Below are positions 1 through 8,243 of a DNA stretch of 30,293 nucleotides, one piece after another. The DNA lies in the NCBI GenBank assembly GCA_049423385.1, contig JBMSQQ010000041.1:1-30293 (forward strand), read 5' to 3'. Source of the stretch: Silvanigrellaceae bacterium (GTDB lineage: Bacteria; Bdellovibrionota_B; Oligoflexia; Silvanigrellales; Silvanigrellaceae). Position 1 is the stretch's first letter; each line of letters opens with the position of its first letter. The position numbers and the translations under genes were made by a program. The notes beneath the pieces were generated by a model. The model was not told the DNA's origin. It was given only the letters and a program-made list of their open reading frames with translations, and searched no databases.

Positions 1-312
1 CCGGATGAACTGGGCAAGATGAACTTGTCCCTTTTGCAGCAACCAAAGCAAACGGGACTCTATGTCGTCAGCCAATTCACTCTTTTTGCCGACTTGCGCA
101 AAGGCAACAGGCCAGGCTTTTCCCTCGCTCTCGAACCTGCTGCTGCGCGCGCATGTTTCGAGGAACTTTTGGCATTTGTTGGACGGAAAATCGAAGACCG
201 TGTTTGGTACTCGGGGGTGTTTGCCGCAGATATGCAGGTTTCGTTGACCAACGATGGGCCTGTGACTGTCATGTTTGATTGTTCGATCGAGCGGGGTGTG
301 GAGGGGCTGTGA
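1..312 (+). CDS. dtd: D-aminoacyl-tRNA deacylase (5' partial; gene starts before the window)
   Basis: Frame 1 is open from base 1 (PDELGKMNLS...). It has the hallmark motifs VSQFTL, KGNRPGFS, G.F.A.MQV and NDGPVT. Stop TGA at 310-312. Confidence 0.93.
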   Translation, partial: PDELGKMNLSLLQQPKQTGLYVVSQFTLFADLRKGNRPGFSLALEPAAARACFEELLAFVGRKIEDRVWYSGVFAADMQVSLTNDGPVTVMFDCSIERGVEGL

Positions 313-1817
313 AGCTGATTTCCAACAAAACCATTGCACGCTTGCAAAAGCAACAGATTCGATTTTCCAAATACGTTGGCAAGCTGTTCGAAAACTCAAG
401 ACTCCTGTTGCGCCTGTTGGTGCCGTTTTCTGTCCATATTCGTCTTTGGATTCTTTTTGTCCTGATATTGATCTTCCATTCGGTGCTTCAGCCGTTCTTT
501 CCTAAATTGCTGCTGTTGAGTTTGAGTGCGTCGATTGCTTTCATTTCCCTTGTCAGGTTGGTTGATTTGCCACTGCGTGCGTTGCAGCAACTCACTCGCC
601 AGGGTGGCTTTGATTTGTCGGGAGCGGTGGCGGCCATTTCCGGGCACGATGAGTATTCTCGTTTGGCGCGGGCGATTCAGGGAATGGGCCGCAGGATGAA
701 TACCTCGATTCAGGAAGCTCGCGAGCAAAACACACGTCTGGACGAAATATTCAACGCAATCGGTGAAGGCGTTGTTTTGTGCACAATGGAAGGAAAGATT
801 CTCAAGATCAACCACACGGTGCGGCGTTGGCTTGAGTATTATGGTGATCCCACTGGACGTGATTTTGTTGATGTTGTTCGAAGTGTCGAACTCAACAAGC
901 ACTTCGTGTCGTTTCTCCAACGCTGTTTGAAGGCAGACCTGTTGGGTGGAGTTGAACCGGAGGTTGTCGAATCCATTCACCTGGATGGTTCGGAGGCGCG
1001 CCGGGTGAGGGCAAAAATGGTCCCGGTGCAGTCCGGGAATCAACATCCGGTTTGTTTCATCTTCCTTTTTGATCTGAGTGATCTTCACAGACTCGAACAG
1101 TTTCGTCGCGAATTTTTCGCCAACGTCAGTCACGAGCTGAAAACGCCAATTTCTTCCATTCGTGGCTATGCAGAAATACTCCAGGATCAATTTTCGAGCT
1201 TGCCTGCTGAAACCGCCCAACAGTTTCTCACCATCATCATGAGAAACTCCGAACAGGTTTCAACGCTTCTGCAGGACATGATTCTGCTGTCGAACATTGA
1301 GAGTGGGCAGATGCTCCTCACGCTGCAACCCTATGACATTCGCATGGCTCTTGCACGGGTCAAGGAAACTCTCGGCCCCAAGGCAAAGGAGGCTGGTGTG
1401 AGCGTGGTTGTCGATGTGTCTTCCGATATTGGCGAACTCAACGTTGATGGACAGCGCTTTGATTCCGTGTTGCTCAATCTGGTGGACAACGGAATCAAGT
1501 ACAATCGACGCGATGGTTATGTGAAGGTTTCTGTCCGGCAAACCGAGAACGATTGGCTCATCTACGTTGAAGATTCTGGGCTTGGAATTCCCCACTCGGC
1601 CCAATTGCGTGCCTTTGAACGTTTCTATCGGGTCGACAAAAGCCACACCCGCTTCGGCGGAGGTTCAGGCCTCGGACTGGCAATTGTCAAACACGTCGTT
1701 CAGGCGCACGGAGGCAACATCACTCTGCGCAGCGAGCCAGGAACCGGAACTGTTTTTTCCGTGACTGTACCGCGGAGACGTGCACTGGCGCGCATCGATA
1801 CCCACACACCATTTTGA
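309..1817 (+). CDS. PhoR-like sensor histidine kinase (2 TM, HAMP, PAS-like, HisKA, HATPase)
   Basis: H-box EFFANVSHELKTP, N-box NLVDNGIKY, G1 DSGLGIP, F-box FERFYRVDK, G2 GGSGLGLAIVKH. The likely start is GTG 309, overlapping the dtd stop (GTGA), with GGAGGG upstream; the ORF track starts at 279. Confidence 0.85.
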   Translation: MKLISNKTIARLQKQQIRFSKYVGKLFENSRLLLRLLVPFSVHIRLWILFVLILIFHSVLQPFFPKLLLLSLSASIAFISLVRLVDLPLRALQQLTRQGGFDLSGAVAAISGHDEYSRLARAIQGMGRRMNTSIQEAREQNTRLDEIFNAIGEGVVLCTMEGKILKINHTVRRWLEYYGDPTGRDFVDVVRSVELNKHFVSFLQRCLKADLLGGVEPEVVESIHLDGSEARRVRAKMVPVQSGNQHPVCFIFLFDLSDLHRLEQFRREFFANVSHELKTPISSIRGYAEILQDQFSSLPAETAQQFLTIIMRNSEQVSTLLQDMILLSNIESGQMLLTLQPYDIRMALARVKETLGPKAKEAGVSVVVDVSSDIGELNVDGQRFDSVLLNLVDNGIKYNRRDGYVKVSVRQTENDWLIYVEDSGLGIPHSAQLRAFERFYRVDKSHTRFGGGSGLGLAIVKHVVQAHGGNITLRSEPGTGTVFSVTVPRRRALARIDTHTPF

Positions 1818-1824
1818 TTCGGAT

Positions 1825-2727
1825 TCAGTTGGCCTTCCATTCGGCGCTGGCTGCACCCATTCCCGCCGCTGTGCATGCCTGTTTCAAGTCTGTTCTTGCT
1901 GTTTCCAGTTTGGCCAGGGTTTTGCCGAGTTCATCCTGTATCGGCACAACTTCGGCTTCCAGTGCTCTGACGTCAGCTTCAAGTTGCTTTGCTTGGTTTT
2001 GAAGGTTCGTCAGCAATTCTTGCGCCTGTTTGATCATTTCCGACTGCTGACCGGTTGTGACTTGTTGTCCGAGCTGGAGAATTTGCAAAAACTGTTGCTG
2101 TTGCGTGATCTGTCTTTGCACGCTTCTGAAAAGTTCATTTTTGCTGTCGATGGCGCTGGTTTTTTGGTCAAGGGTTGCCTTGATGTAGCTTGCCTGTGCG
2201 AGTATTGGAAGATCTTTCCAAAGCAATCGTTGCTCTGTTCGGTAAGTCACCTTGCCTGATGCTGTGTCCTGGCCAATCGAAATTGCACAGTGTCCGTCCT
2301 TGATGACACCTGGGATGTTTCCACAGGCATCGGGCTTGACTGCAAGTCCCAATGTTTTCGGGCTGAACGGATTGGCCACGCCAACGGGTATTTGTGCCTG
2401 GGCCAGGGCCATGCTCTCCGTGACTTTTTCGAGATCCGCAAGCGGCGTTTGGCTTTGGCTCACAAAGTCCTGACAGAACACCATTTCGCCCGCAACAGAA
2501 CTCAACGAATAGCGGAAAAGATTTTCAACGGTGCCGCTTCCGGGCAAACCTGACGTCGGGGTGGATGTTGTTGCGAGCGTCGGCAGGACTGCAGGTGCGG
2601 GCGAATTGTTCGCGGACTTTTTGGTGCACGCTGCCAACGTCGCGGCGACCAGCGCCACACTCACGAATGGCTTCGTGATTTTTCGCGGAATCAATTTTCC
2701 TTGATCCATATCCCGTTCGTTCAACAT
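1825..2727 (-). CDS. Hypothetical lipoprotein with Gln-rich C-terminal coiled coil
   Basis: ATG 2727 is preceded by AGAGGA (alternative ATG 2709). Basic N-terminus, hydrophobic stretch and lipobox LAAC, then a Ser/Thr/Pro tether and a long heptad-like Q/L/E region. The ORF-track extension to 3138 overlaps the lipase and is unlikely to be real. Confidence 0.7.
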   Translation of the reverse strand: MLNERDMDQGKLIPRKITKPFVSVALVAATLAACTKKSANNSPAPAVLPTLATTSTPTSGLPGSGTVENLFRYSLSSVAGEMVFCQDFVSQSQTPLADLEKVTESMALAQAQIPVGVANPFSPKTLGLAVKPDACGNIPGVIKDGHCAISIGQDTASGKVTYRTEQRLLWKDLPILAQASYIKATLDQKTSAIDSKNELFRSVQRQITQQQQFLQILQLGQQVTTGQQSEMIKQAQELLTNLQNQAKQLEADVRALEAEVVPIQDELGKTLAKLETARTDLKQACTAAGMGAASAEWKAN

Positions 2728-2769
2728 GAATGGTTCCTCTGTCGATTGATTTCCAAGCCTGCTTTGTTC

Positions 2770-2796
2770 GCATCGGACGCGAATTTTAAAAATTGA
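2770..2796 (-). promoter_or_regulatory. sigma28/FliA-like promoter for the coiled-coil lipoprotein gene
   Basis: Minus strand reads TCAA-N15-TCCGATGC, 42 nt upstream of ATG 2727. It resembles the TAAA-N15/16-GCCGATAA consensus. Confidence 0.5.
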
Positions 2797-2797
2797 G

Positions 2798-2825
2798 TCA
2801 AGTTTCCGCTTCAAACTTCCGATAA
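2798..2825 (+). promoter_or_regulatory. sigma28/FliA-like promoter for the lipase gene
   Basis: TCAAGTTT-N12-TCCGATAA (= TCAA-N16-TCCGATAA), 27 nt upstream of ATG 2853. Confidence 0.65.
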
Positions 2826-2852
2826 CAGTAAAAATTATCTGAAGAGGCCATA

Positions 2853-3989
2853 ATGAAACGTCTTTTCGTGCTTTTTTTTGCATTGAACACAGCCTGCGCT
2901 GAAAAGAAGCCCAGCGGCTCCATCGCCGAAAAGGGTGGCGCCATTGGTGCTCCAGGCGTCTCCAAGTCCGCCGATGGTTCATCGCCTGCACCAGTGGCAG
3001 AGCCGGCGTTGTGGACGACCAAGAGTGCTCCCCTGAAACTGCGCTGTGAGCCTTCGGGCGAATTGGGATTCCATATTTTGAACGGGCTGAATGAAACCAA
3101 CAAATACATGCTGGCGCGGTTTGCAATGCTGGGTGCACCGGCCTTGAAGTTCGACGACACGGTGCTGCAAAACTATTTCAAACAAGCAGGATTCTCGAGT
3201 GTGAAACTCCTTGCCAATCCGAGCAAGGGTGTGCAGGGAGTCGTTGCAACTTCTGACAAGATCAATCTGGTTGTATTTCGTGGCACCCACAGCCCTGCCG
3301 GCGTCGCAACAGACCTCAATTTCATGATGTCTTCGGGCGGATTCCTGAACATGCCAGGTGGGGTGCACGGTGGATTCAAGTCTGCCTACGAGAGCGTTCA
3401 GGCAGATGTTGCCGCAGCGCTCGATGCCGCAAAGCGTCCGGGAGTGCCGACCTATTTTGTTGGGCACAGTCTTGGCGGTGCGTTGGCAATGATTGCGGCT
3501 GCGGATGGATTGGCCAAGGGAGTGAATGTCGAAGGGCTCGTGACGATGGGCCAACCCCGCACTGGAAATATCAATTATTCCTTGGCGTTTTCATCGGCGC
3601 TGAAGGAAAAGTATTCCCGGTATGTTTTTGAGGATGATCCTGTTCCGCATCTTCCTCCAGCACCGAGTGCCGGAGACCTTGCAGCAACCGCGCTTTCAAA
3701 CAACAACTTGCTGAAACTGGCAGTCCAGTCCGCATCACTGATTCGCTTTGCTCACGTGGGTTCGCCGCTTCAATTGGGTCAGGCAAAGTTCGCGACTCAA
3801 AAATATGATTCCGATGACCTGTGGGACAAGAATTATTACGCAACAAATGCAATAGGCATCAAGGATTCCGTGTTTTCAGTGCTCGGGTCCACGGCCACTT
3901 CGTCGCTTGAAGCATTGGCGAATGACAATCTCGTGACCGACCATGATCTGGAAAAGTATCTGTGTTCAATGCTTGACTCAGCCAAGTGA
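2853..3989 (+). CDS. Class 3 lipase (alpha/beta hydrolase), probable lipoprotein
   Basis: Motifs VVFRGT, VHGGF, nucleophile elbow GHSLGG, GQPRTGN, DPVPHLPP and C-terminal DH (catalytic His). Signal peptide ends in a lipobox-like NTAC. Confidence 0.9.
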   Translation: MKRLFVLFFALNTACAEKKPSGSIAEKGGAIGAPGVSKSADGSSPAPVAEPALWTTKSAPLKLRCEPSGELGFHILNGLNETNKYMLARFAMLGAPALKFDDTVLQNYFKQAGFSSVKLLANPSKGVQGVVATSDKINLVVFRGTHSPAGVATDLNFMMSSGGFLNMPGGVHGGFKSAYESVQADVAAALDAAKRPGVPTYFVGHSLGGALAMIAAADGLAKGVNVEGLVTMGQPRTGNINYSLAFSSALKEKYSRYVFEDDPVPHLPPAPSAGDLAATALSNNNLLKLAVQSASLIRFAHVGSPLQLGQAKFATQKYDSDDLWDKNYYATNAIGIKDSVFSVLGSTATSSLEALANDNLVTDHDLEKYLCSMLDSAK

Positions 3990-3995
3990 GAAGCT

Positions 3996-4826
3996 TCAAG
4001 CCTTCGTGGGCTTTTGTAGCTTGTCGATCAGTTGATATCCAAAACCATGAACCGTCTCAATCAGGCTTCCAGCTTCTCCAAGCTTTTGCCTGAGGCGTTT
4101 GACGTGGGTATCGACTGTGCGTGTGTTGAGCTGCCCTTCGTAACCCCACACCCGTTGAAGCAATGCATCGCGGCTTTGCAAGCGTCCGGCCCGCTCTGCA
4201 AGATAAATCAACAGTTGATATTCGGTGGCCGTCAGTGCCACAGGTTCGTCGTTCACCAGAACCTTGAACTGATCTGGAAGTATCGTCAGGATGCCTATCC
4301 GGATGACTTTTTCATTGTCAGTTGTGGAATTGCTGCCCTCTCCAGTTGTGGATGAATCGGTGTTTTTCTCCGAGGTGGGAGTCAACGAAACAGGATGACT
4401 GACAGATGAATGAAATCCGGTTCTGCGCAGAAGCGCCTGCACCCTCAAGAGAAGTTCACGCGGAGAAAAAGGTTTTGTGATGTAGTCATCAGCGCCTGCC
4501 TCGAAACCATCAATCTTGTCTGATTCCTGCGACTTTGCAGTGAGCAGGATCACCGGCGTTGCCGCAAGCTCCGGGGTTCTGCGCAATTGGCGAAGCACCT
4601 CCGTGCCTTCCGTATGCGGGAGCATGACGTCGAGCAGGATGATGTGTGGTTTGAATTCATGAATGCACGCCAATGCTTTTTCACCGTCGAATTGAGAAAA
4701 GACTGTGTAGTCCTTCGTCGACTCCAGGGTGAACTTGAGCAGATTGTTGAGGTCGCGGTCATCTTCAATGATGAGGACCCTGGAACGAGAGTCCATTTGC
4801 TGTTGTGTTTGATTCGTTTCCGTCAA
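3996..4826 (-). CDS. OmpR/PhoB-family response regulator (PhoB-like)
   Basis: Receiver motifs IIEDD, LLDVMLP, LLTAK and GADDYITKPFSPREL. wHTH motifs LTATEYQLL, VWGYE, RTVDTHVKRLRQKL and ETVHGFGY. TTG start with a G-rich RBS. Confidence 0.92.
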   Translation of the reverse strand: MTETNQTQQQMDSRSRVLIIEDDRDLNNLLKFTLESTKDYTVFSQFDGEKALACIHEFKPHIILLDVMLPHTEGTEVLRQLRRTPELAATPVILLTAKSQESDKIDGFEAGADDYITKPFSPRELLLRVQALLRRTGFHSSVSHPVSLTPTSEKNTDSSTTGEGSNSTTDNEKVIRIGILTILPDQFKVLVNDEPVALTATEYQLLIYLAERAGRLQSRDALLQRVWGYEGQLNTRTVDTHVKRLRQKLGEAGSLIETVHGFGYQLIDKLQKPTKA

Positions 4827-4841
4827 GTTCCAGACCCCCCT

Positions 4842-4859
4842 TTACACAACGTGGTGTAA
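4842..4859. promoter_or_regulatory. Near-perfect 18-bp palindrome (candidate operator) just upstream of the response regulator RBS
   Basis: TTACACaACGTgGTGTAA, with one mismatched pair. Confidence 0.4.
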
Positions 4860-4914
4860 CAGAAACTTGCACCAGGTTGAAAGTCTGCCTTCGAAATTCA
4901 ACACAATTGACACC

Positions 4915-4951
4915 AAAAAGCCTCAAGTGCAGGAGTGCAACACTTGAGGCT
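4915..4951 (-). terminator. Rho-independent terminator after nuoB
   Basis: Minus strand AGCCTCAAGTG-N11-CACTTGAGGCT-TTTT: an 11-bp stem followed by a U-tract, 26 nt after the nuoB stop. Confidence 0.8.
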
Positions 4952-4977
4952 ATTCATCTTGAGCTGGAAATCGAAAG

Positions 4978-5463
4978 TCAGGCGCGCTGTGGGTTTTCTT
5001 CCCGCTGTTGTTTGATTTTCTCTTGCAGCTGCATGATTCCATCGATGACCGCCTCGGGCGTGGGTGGGCAGCCAGGAACGTAAACGTCAACGGGCACAAT
5101 GCGGTCAATGCCCTGAACCACATGATAGGCTCGGTAGAATCCGCCTGATGATGCGCATGCGCCCATCGAGAGCACCCATTTTGGTTCCGACATCTGGTCG
5201 TAGATGCGGCGAAGGACGGGTGCCATTTTCTCGGTAATCGTTCCGGCGACAACCAGAAGGTCTGCCTGACGCGGGCTGAAGCGGACAACCTCTGCGCCAA
5301 AGCGCGACAAGTCGTATTTCGGACCCATCACGGACATCAATTCAATTCCGCAGCAGGCAGTTCCAAACGGATACGGCCACAACGAATTGCGGCGCGCCCA
5401 ATTGACGAACTGATCCACTTTCGTGGTGATATAAAATTCGTTTCCATAGCTGTGGTGCTTCAT
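4978..5463 (-). CDS. nuoB: NADH-quinone oxidoreductase subunit B (N2 Fe-S cluster)
   Basis: Motifs [38 protein letters not shown] and [15 protein letters not shown] 5463 has GGAG upstream. Confidence 0.95.
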   Translation of the reverse strand: MKHHSYGNEFYITTKVDQFVNWARRNSLWPYPFGTACCGIELMSVMGPKYDLSRFGAEVVRFSPRQADLLVVAGTITEKMAPVLRRIYDQMSEPKWVLSMGACASSGGFYRAYHVVQGIDRIVPVDVYVPGCPPTPEAVIDGIMQLQEKIKQQREENPQRA

Positions 5464-5557
5464 TTCGATTCTCCGGTCTGGGCACTTGAGCAAATGTTAA
5501 CTAATCACAGGAGCATAGGGTTTGTCGATGGTTCTTGGCCGAAATCCTCCAGATGGC

Positions 5558-6526
5558 TCACTGCAGGAAGATTTTGAGTCCGCCTTCGCTTTGCAGTCCA
5601 ATCTCCAGGGAATCACCAAATCCAAGAACACACGCGGTGACGGGGCCATCCACACAGACAATACCGTGACGCATCCGTGAGAAAAGTGTGATCGTCTGGG
5701 TGTTGCCGTCAAGCACGAGTTTGGTCAATGACAGGTGATGACTGGGTTGGGCATAGGGCTCCCGCACTGCCAAAAGAAAACGGTCCGAACCCACGTCCAA
5801 AGCCCCAAGTCCATACGAGTGGATCGCAGCGGTGCTGCCCGCGGGTGTTGCCAACCAAAGTCCGCTCGAAACCTGCTTTTCGGTCCGTTGTTCTGGTCCT
5901 TCTATCGTCAGCGTGTATCTGCTGGCTGATGCGGGATGCTGATGGCCGAAATAAATGTCATTCAATGCGTACGGGAGTTGAACCCCAAGATTGGTGCGCG
6001 CCACAAGTCGACGCACGGTTCTAGGCTTTCTCTTTTCAGAAATAATCTCTTGAAGCTTTTCTTCAAGGTTTTTGGGCGAAAGTGCACACAGGTGGCCGAC
6101 CGAATGTTTTGGCACAGAATTCAGGCCCACCACGCGGGTCGTTCCACCCACGAAATGGCTGGTGCGGAGCAATGTCCCATCACCGCCGACGCAAATCACG
6201 AGGTCGAGTTTGGATTTCAGTCCTGGTTCCCGGCCAGCCTGAAAATGCGCGGGTCCTCCGCTGGGTGCCTGAGCAAGGTCGTCGAGCGTGTGCAGGCTGA
6301 AGGAGAGTCCCTGTTGGGTGAGGAAAGTCAGCAAATTGTCGAGAGTTTGGCAGTGCTGGTCATGTGCATTCTGGAGAGTGTCATCAGACTGGCCGTCTTT
6401 GAGAAAGTAGCTCCGCCCTGTCTCAGTGCTGAATTCTGCAGCATATCGTTCCAGTGCGGTTTTTTTCTGAATGACGACGATATCAGGCAATCGTGCGTGC
6501 AATCCCCAGGGAAGGTAGGATGACAT
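5558..6526 (-). CDS. nadK: NAD(+)/NADH kinase
   Basis: Motifs GGDGT, ALND and SSGLWLATPAGSTA. The start overlaps the upstream stop (TGATG). Confidence 0.88.
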   Translation of the reverse strand: MSSYLPWGLHARLPDIVVIQKKTALERYAAEFSTETGRSYFLKDGQSDDTLQNAHDQHCQTLDNLLTFLTQQGLSFSLHTLDDLAQAPSGGPAHFQAGREPGLKSKLDLVICVGGDGTLLRTSHFVGGTTRVVGLNSVPKHSVGHLCALSPKNLEEKLQEIISEKRKPRTVRRLVARTNLGVQLPYALNDIYFGHQHPASASRYTLTIEGPEQRTEKQVSSGLWLATPAGSTAAIHSYGLGALDVGSDRFLLAVREPYAQPSHHLSLTKLVLDGNTQTITLFSRMRHGIVCVDGPVTACVLGFGDSLEIGLQSEGGLKIFLQ

Positions 6527-8061
6527 CAGCGCAGGAGCTCCACGTTGCGCTTGATTTCCTTGTTGCTGGTGTACAGGTCAAAGAGTTTGCGCTGCATCGT
6601 TGAGACGTAGGATTGAGCCGACAAGCGTTGATCGGCAGCCTGCAGGCGGCGCAGACGATCGCCGTCCGGAGTGAGTCCTTCTTTCCGACTTGCCAAGCGC
6701 ACGAGAGCTTTTCTGCCACCAAAATCGAGAATCTGGGGTGCCATGTCGCCTTTGTTCTTGAGACCAAAAAGAACTGGCAGAAGCGCATCGGAGGGGCCAA
6801 GATCTTCGATAAAACGGGTCCTGGGCGTGATGGCCTTCTTGCCGGTCTTCCATTCAAAACCGTTGGCCTCGGCAAGCGAATTGACCTCGGCAAATTTCTT
6901 TTCTCCCAGCAGTGTGTTGATTTGCCCTTCAATGCCGGCGCTCATTTCCGTTTTGATTTTTTCGCTCAAGGCCCGCTCTGCGAGTTCGCCTTTCACGTCT
7001 TCAAATTTGCGCTCGAGCCGCTCGCGAGACTCTTGCCACCGGAGCAACCTGAAGCCAAATGGCGTGTCGAGCACCTCGGAAAGGGAGTTGTCTTTGTTCA
7101 GTGTGAATGCAGCCGCAGATGAAACGGGATCGATGTTTGTCGAATCAATCCAGCCAATGTCGCCCTTCGCAAGCTTGGCGGTGGCATCATCGTTTGTGCT
7201 TCCTGCGATATTGGCAAATGATTCTCCTTTGAGGATTTTCGCACGAACATCGTCGATGATTTTCTTGGCGTCGTCCTTGCTGCGGCTCTTGGCATCTCCC
7301 TCGACGCGCTGAGCATCCTTGTGGGCAACCAGAATCGAAAGCGCGCGGACCTGTGCGGGTCGAACGAACTCCGTCTTGCTGGCCTCGAACGCGTCCTTGA
7401 GGTTTTTCTCGTTTGCAGCATCAGCAGCGTACTTCTTTGATTCCTCTACGAGTTTTTCCTTGAGCTTCGTGGGGTTGGGTTGCACGTTCGCAAATTCAAG
7501 ACTGAATTCGGTACTGTCGCGCAGTGCTTTGTCGGTGAGAATGCTCTTGGGTGTGACTTCAGGCAGATAGAGCAGGGCACTCATCTTTTCGAGCGTCATC
7601 GAATCGCGACCCTGCTTGTGGAAGTCGAGTTCGCTCATGTAGCCACTTTTCAAAAATTTTCTGTAAATCGCAATGTCGAACTGCTTGGTCTTTTCATTCT
7701 GGAACTCGGGACGCCGACGGATCCATTGGGCGACTTCCTGGTCGGATGGGTGCCAACCAATCCGATGTGCTTCTTCAAGCATCACTTTTTCCTGGATCAG
7801 TTGGTTGAGTGCGGACTGGATGTTCGCTTCGCGGCGGCCAGGCTCATTTCCCGATTGACGGTTGAGATTCTCCACAACCCTCTGCAATTCCACCATCGAT
7901 ACGGACTGGCCGCCAACCATGGCTGCGACGTTTGTGTCGAGTCCACTGGGGTTCGGAGAGATTCCAGTGATGGCAAAAGCAAGCACACCGAGAGCGATCA
8001 CAACACCGACAGCCAGTGACTTTGCACTCGGGGACAAAAGGCTTTTCGTAGATAAACGCAT
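6526..8061 (-). CDS. PpiD-like membrane-anchored parvulin PPIase (SurA_N + rotamase)
   Basis: N-terminal TM, SurA_N-like region (ALNQLIQEKVMLEEAHRIG...FD...Y) and parvulin motifs (ILV, GESFANIA, KGDIGW, SEVLDTPFGF). ATG 8061 has GAGG upstream; alternative GTG at 8103. Confidence 0.82.
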   Translation of the reverse strand: MRLSTKSLLSPSAKSLAVGVVIALGVLAFAITGISPNPSGLDTNVAAMVGGQSVSMVELQRVVENLNRQSGNEPGRREANIQSALNQLIQEKVMLEEAHRIGWHPSDQEVAQWIRRRPEFQNEKTKQFDIAIYRKFLKSGYMSELDFHKQGRDSMTLEKMSALLYLPEVTPKSILTDKALRDSTEFSLEFANVQPNPTKLKEKLVEESKKYAADAANEKNLKDAFEASKTEFVRPAQVRALSILVAHKDAQRVEGDAKSRSKDDAKKIIDDVRAKILKGESFANIAGSTNDDATAKLAKGDIGWIDSTNIDPVSSAAAFTLNKDNSLSEVLDTPFGFRLLRWQESRERLERKFEDVKGELAERALSEKIKTEMSAGIEGQINTLLGEKKFAEVNSLAEANGFEWKTGKKAITPRTRFIEDLGPSDALLPVLFGLKNKGDMAPQILDFGGRKALVRLASRKEGLTPDGDRLRRLQAADQRLSAQSYVSTMQRKLFDLYTSNKEIKRNVELLR

Positions 8062-8243
8062 GTCTGCCTCTTCGTTGGGCTGCCGGGGGGCTTGGTCCGC
8101 CACGACCCTGTGGCGACACGTCCGGATGCCGATTGGCGCCGCACTGCGACACCAAATCTTTTAGCACGCGAACTTTCTTTTTCAACCAAGTGACTATAAA
8201 TTGAACGAGTTATCAACAATGCTCACCTCTTAAGGACCTCGCC

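Noticed and set aside
2728..3138. N-terminal extension of the 437-aa ORF
   Set aside because: It overlaps the lipase on the opposite strand. The RBS, signal peptide and promoter motif all point to a start at 2727 or 2709.
4827..4914. Canonical Pho box upstream of the PhoB-like gene
   Set aside because: Only isolated half-site-like words (CTGTTAC, GTGTCAA) are present, with no convincing 11-bp direct repeat.
5482..5490. 9-mer in the nuoB leader complementary to the 3' arm of the nuoB terminator (4922-4930)
   Set aside because: It is short and about 550 nt away, so it cannot plausibly compete with the local 11-bp stem. Likely chance.
8210..8218. DnaA-box-like TTATCAACA upstream of mreC
   Set aside because: A single imperfect box with no cluster or unwinding element, so no support for an origin.
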